DNA of 32,000 nucleotides from Delftia acidovorans NBRC 14950. GTDB taxonomy: Bacteria; Pseudomonadota; Gammaproteobacteria; Burkholderiales; Burkholderiaceae_C. Where the stretch lies: assembly GCF_001598795.1 (NCBI RefSeq), contig NZ_BCZP01000013.1, forward strand, positions 120,001-152,000, in the 5' to 3' direction. The position numbers and the translations under genes are program-made. Shown one piece after another: positions 28,856 to 32,000 of the stretch. Each line of letters begins with the position of its first letter. The first letter of the stretch is position 1. The notes beneath the pieces are model-generated. The model saw only the letters and a list, made by a program, of their open reading frames with translations. It did no database searches and was not told where the DNA came from.

Positions 28856-29932
28856 ATGTTCACCCCCTCGCTGGTCAAGACCCCCCTGCCCCAGGCGGCC
28901 GCCACCATGGCCTCCGCACACCCTGCAGTCACGCCCATGGCCTTTGTGCAGGCCATTATGCTGGCCTACGAACGCCGGGACATCAGCGCCCTGTCCGCCC
29001 TGGAGAAGGCACAAATCGCGCCAGACTCCGTCAAAGAGCGCAACGAGTGCATCACGGCGCTGCAGATGGAGGCACTGTCCGATGCCGCCATGCGCGAACT
29101 CGACGACGAGGCCCTGGGCTGGTTCTCCCGGCGCCTGCCCTGGGGCAGCTACGGCATGCTGGCACGCGCCAGCATGGGCAGCGAGCAGCTGGGCCTGGCG
29201 CTGGCGCGCTGGTGCCGCCACCATGGCCTGCTGACCGATGACATCCGGCTCACGCTGACGCAGGAAGACGGCTTGGCCACGCTGGCCATCGAGGAGCTGT
29301 CCACGCTGGGCGCCATGCGCGAGTTCTGCCTGCTGTCGGTGCTGCGCAATATCCACGGCCTGGCCAGCTGGTTCATCGATGAGCCGCTGCCGCTGCGGCG
29401 CGTCTGCTTTCCCTTCGATCCCCCGCCACATGCGGGCGTGTATGCGCTGCTGTTCCCGCCGGGCGAGGTGGAGTTTGGCGCGGCCCGGGCCTGCCTACAG
29501 TTCGACGCGCGTTTTCTGGATATGCCGCTGACGCGCGACGAGCCTGCGCTGCAGCGCATGCTGCAGCGCGCCCTGCCGCTGCAGGTGCGCCCCTACCGGC
29601 GCGAGCGCCAGCTGGTGCAGCGCGTGCGCCAGCTGCTGGCCGCCGACGCCGAATGCCTGCAGACGGCCGACACGCTGGCGCGCCAGCTGCACCTGTCCCA
29701 GCGCAGCCTGCACCGCCAGCTCAAGGAAGAAGGCGCCTCGCTGCAGGCGCTCAAGGACGAGGTGCGGCGCGAGCGTGCCGTGGCCCTGCTGCTGCGCACC
29801 AGCCGGCCCATCAAGCGCATCGCCCAGTCCTGCGGCTTTCTCAACGACAAGAGCTTCATCCGCGCCTTCCGGCTGTGGACGGGGCTGTCGCCTTCCGAAT
29901 TCCGCAAGAGCGCGCGAGCCCGGCCCGAGTGA
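28856..29932 (+). CDS. AraC-family transcriptional regulator (N-terminal arabinose-binding-like domain plus C-terminal HTH)
   Basis: 358 aa from the ATG at 28856. Alternative in-frame starts are MASAHP and MAFVQAIM. C-terminus: [29 protein letters not shown]. It is divergent from the acyl-CoA synthetase. Confidence 0.88.
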   Translation: MFTPSLVKTPLPQAAATMASAHPAVTPMAFVQAIMLAYERRDISALSALEKAQIAPDSVKERNECITALQMEALSDAAMRELDDEALGWFSRRLPWGSYGMLARASMGSEQLGLALARWCRHHGLLTDDIRLTLTQEDGLATLAIEELSTLGAMREFCLLSVLRNIHGLASWFIDEPLPLRRVCFPFDPPPHAGVYALLFPPGEVEFGAARACLQFDARFLDMPLTRDEPALQRMLQRALPLQVRPYRRERQLVQRVRQLLAADAECLQTADTLARQLHLSQRSLHRQLKEEGASLQALKDEVRRERAVALLLRTSRPIKRIAQSCGFLNDKSFIRAFRLWTGLSPSEFRKSARARPE

Positions 29933-29941
29933 GGGCCGTGC

Positions 29942-29994
29942 GCATCCTGGCGCGATTTGCATCCTGCGCGACAGCCGCCGTCCGCGCATCTGGC
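29942..29994 (+). repeat. Three direct copies of GCATC(C)TG(G)C in the AraC-GST spacer (candidate regulator binding sites)
   Basis: GCATCCTGGCGCGA (29942-29955), GCATCCTGCGCGA (29959-29971) and GCATCTGGC (29986-29994), read directly. They lie 14-66 nt upstream of the GST ATG. Confidence 0.6.
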
Positions 29995-30007
29995 CTAGGC
30001 TTTGCGC

Positions 30008-30673
30008 ATGCACCATCTCCACCACTGCGTCAGCGCGCGCTCCTTCCGCGCGCTGTGGATGCTCGAAGAACTGCAGCTTCCCTACACGCTGCACATGCTG
30101 CCGTTTCCGCCGCGCATGCTGCAGCGCAGCTACCTGGAGCTCAACCCGCTGGGCACGGTGCCGCTGCTGCGCCACGGCGAGGCCAGGCTGACCGAGTCAG
30201 CCGCCATCTGCGAATACCTGGCCGCCCTGCACCCCGGGGCGGGCCTGTCCGTGCAGCCGCAGGAGGCGGGCTTTGCGGCCTACCTCAACTGGCTGCACAT
30301 GAGCGATGCCACGCTGACCTTCCCGCAGACCCTGGTGCTGCGCTATGCGCACTTCGAGCTGGCCGAACGGCGCCAGCCCCAGGTGGCCCAGGACTACCAG
30401 CGCTGGTTCCTCGCGCGGCTGCGCGCCGTGGAGCAGGCCGTGGAGCAGCGCGACTGGCTCACGGCAGACCGCTTCACCGCTGCAGACGTGGCCGTGGGCT
30501 ATGCGCTGATGCTGTCGGCCCACCTGGAGATGGAGCCGCAATGGGGGCCTGCCACCCTGGCCTACTGGCAGCGCCTGCAGCAGCGGCCCGCCTTCCAGCG
30601 GGCGCTGCAGGCCGAGCAGCAGGCCGCGCGTGCGCAGGCCGTGGACGAGACGCCTTCGCCGCGGCTGCGCTAG
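30008..30673 (+). CDS. Glutathione S-transferase family protein
   Basis: 221 aa from the ATG at 30008. The track start at 30002 is a TTG codon. Motifs: SARSFRALWMLEELQLPY, NPLGTVPLL, ESAAICEYL, and a C-terminal helical GST domain. Confidence 0.88.
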   Translation: MHHLHHCVSARSFRALWMLEELQLPYTLHMLPFPPRMLQRSYLELNPLGTVPLLRHGEARLTESAAICEYLAALHPGAGLSVQPQEAGFAAYLNWLHMSDATLTFPQTLVLRYAHFELAERRQPQVAQDYQRWFLARLRAVEQAVEQRDWLTADRFTAADVAVGYALMLSAHLEMEPQWGPATLAYWQRLQQRPAFQRALQAEQQAARAQAVDETPSPRLR

Positions 30674-30692
30674 GGCCGGCTCAGGCCCAAGC

Positions 30693-31385
30693 TCAGGCGC
30701 TGGCGCTGGCCTGCCCGATGGCGCGCAGCATGGCCGGCAGCTCGCCCATGTCGCCGAACACGCAGCTGGCGCCGGCTTCGAGCAGTTGCTCGGCCGAGGC
30801 ATGGCCCTGGTCGGCCGGGAAGTAGCCCCAGACCGTGGCGCCTGCGGCCACGCCGGCGGTGACGCCGGTCACCGTGTCCTCGATGACCAGGCAGCGCGCC
30901 GGCTCCACGCCCAGGGCTGCGGCGGCTGCCAGGTACACATCGGGAAAGGGCTTGCTGCGCGGCAGCTCATGGCCGCTGAAGACGCGGCCCTCGAAATACG
31001 GGGCCATGCCGACCTGGGCCAGCTGCATCTCCACCTTGGCGCGGTCCGCGCCCGAGGCGCAGGCGATGCGGCCAGCGCACAGCGCATGGGATTCGCTGAC
31101 GGCGGACAGCGCGCCGTCAATGGCCACCAGCTCGGCGCGCAGCGCGGCGTTGCGGCGCTCGTAGAAGGCGGCCATCCATGCGTCGGTCAGCGGCTTGCCG
31201 GTGCGCGCCTCGATCAGCGCGGCCTGGCTGCGCACGGTCTTGCCGATGAATTCGCGCAGGCATTCCTCGGTGCTGATGGGCCAGCCCGATTCATTGAGCA
31301 TGGTGCACAGCACGCGGTTGGTGATGGATTCACTGTCGACGAGCACGCCGTCACAGTCGAAGAGCACGGCCTCGAAAGCAGTCAT
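30693..31385 (-). CDS. HAD-superfamily hydrolase, subfamily IA (phosphatase/beta-phosphoglucomutase-like)
   Basis: 230 aa. Motif I LFDCDGVLVDSE, plus KPFPDVYL and a motif IV region VIEDTVTGVTAG. Confidence 0.88.
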   Translation of the reverse strand: MTAFEAVLFDCDGVLVDSESITNRVLCTMLNESGWPISTEECLREFIGKTVRSQAALIEARTGKPLTDAWMAAFYERRNAALRAELVAIDGALSAVSESHALCAGRIACASGADRAKVEMQLAQVGMAPYFEGRVFSGHELPRSKPFPDVYLAAAAALGVEPARCLVIEDTVTGVTAGVAAGATVWGYFPADQGHASAEQLLEAGASCVFGDMGELPAMLRAIGQASASA

Positions 31386-31396
31386 GGATGGATTCT

Positions 31397-31435
31397 CGAA
31401 ACAAACTGAGCAAGGGCGCCCTGGGGCGCCCTTGC
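31397..31435 (-). terminator. Rho-independent terminator after the right-edge unknown gene
   Basis: Perfect 11-bp stem GCAAGGGCGCC / GGCGCCCTTGC (31410-31420 and 31425-31435) with a 4-nt loop. On the minus strand it is followed by UCAGUUUGUUUCG. It lies 50 nt after the stop at 31485-31487. Confidence 0.7.
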
Positions 31436-31484
31436 TGCGGAAAATGGCCGGATTATGCGCCGGCCGCGCATGCCTGTGCCCTGC

Positions 31485-32000
31485 TCAGGGGAAGGAGGCA
31501 CCGGCCAGCGGATGCACCATGCGCTTGACGTTGCGCACCGAGATGGAATGGAACTGGCCATCGTCGGTGACCACATCGCCGAAGGCGAAAAAGCCTTCGG
31601 CCGCGTTGCGGTTGAACTGCTCCAGGCGCTGCGCGAGGCTGGCGTTGTTGGACACGGATTCGAGGCGGTACTCGATGGCGCCCTGCTGGTCGCCGCTCTT
31701 TTCGTACAGCTGCACGCCTTCGGTATTGCCGCGCAGCACCAGGGCGCCGCGCAGCAGGTGGCCCTTGGCACCCATCTCGTCCAGGCGCTGCTTCAGCGCC
31801 GCGCCGTTGGCCATGCCGAAGGGCGCGGCCAGGGCGAACACCGCGTACTCGAAGGCCGGTGCCTTGGAGTCCTTGACGTAGAGGTTGAACATCTCGTCGC
31901 CCGAGATCAGCGGACCCGTGTAGCGGAAACCCCGGCCGCTCATCTCGGCCAGTTGCTGCGTGAAGCCGGACGTGTCCAGCGCACCCACGGCGGGGCGCGT
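31485..32000 (-). CDS. Hypothetical protein, C-terminal 171 codons only (ORF open to the right edge)
   Basis: ...GALDTSGFTQQLAEMSGRGFRYTGPLISGDEMFNLYVKDSKAPAFEYAVFALAAPFGMANG...VRNVKRMVHPLAGASFP*. G/C-ending codons dominate and the amino-acid composition is balanced. The M at 31988 in the track is an internal GTG, and the frame stays open to 32000. I do not recognise the family. Confidence 0.7.
   Translation of the reverse strand, partial: TRPAVGALDTSGFTQQLAEMSGRGFRYTGPLISGDEMFNLYVKDSKAPAFEYAVFALAAPFGMANGAALKQRLDEMGAKGHLLRGALVLRGNTEGVQLYEKSGDQQGAIEYRLESVSNNASLAQRLEQFNRNAAEGFFAFGDVVTDDGQFHSISVRNVKRMVHPLAGASFP

Overview
High-GC (roughly two-thirds G+C by eye, not computed) chromosomal segment that looks like core genome of a Burkholderiales/Comamonadaceae-like betaproteobacterium. 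The taxonomic guess rests on an Omp32-type porin and an orphan Bug/TctC receptor. I can support 28 protein-coding genes, densely packed. Nearly all were recognised by reading the translations.

Gene order, left to right:
- An edge-truncated, unusually long UvrA-family gene with a textbook LexA box upstream.
- A 39-codon hydrophobic ORF, a porin and an MHS-type MFS transporter.
- yjcH-actP (acetate permease) plus a YbhB/PEBP protein.
- A tightly coupled minus-strand string: liuE(hmgL), ybaK-like, DUF1289, HCCA-isomerase-like, DUF294 nucleotidyltransferase, DEDDh exonuclease.
- A LysR regulator divergent from a 3-hydroxyacyl-CoA-dehydrogenase-like gene, a BKACE(DUF849) gene and a Bug receptor.
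- ghrA, then liuD, DUF4126, liuC and liuB (methylcrotonyl-CoA carboxylase and hydratase).
- A CPA1 Na+/H+ antiporter, an acyl-CoA synthetase divergent from an AraC regulator, a GST, a HAD hydrolase and an edge-truncated unknown protein.

I found no rRNA, tRNA, CRISPR array, transposase, integrase or phage genes. Most very long ORFs in the supplied track are antisense shadow ORFs of the real genes, as expected at this GC content. The track also omits both edge-truncated genes.

I do not see an unambiguous new system. The best candidates for under-described biology are:
1. The cNMP/CBS-sensor nucleotidyltransferase plus exonuclease pair sitting against the acetate permease genes.
2. The SOS-box-controlled long UvrA paralogue.
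3. The orphan BKACE module.

All functional calls are from motif and family recognition by eye. No database search was run.
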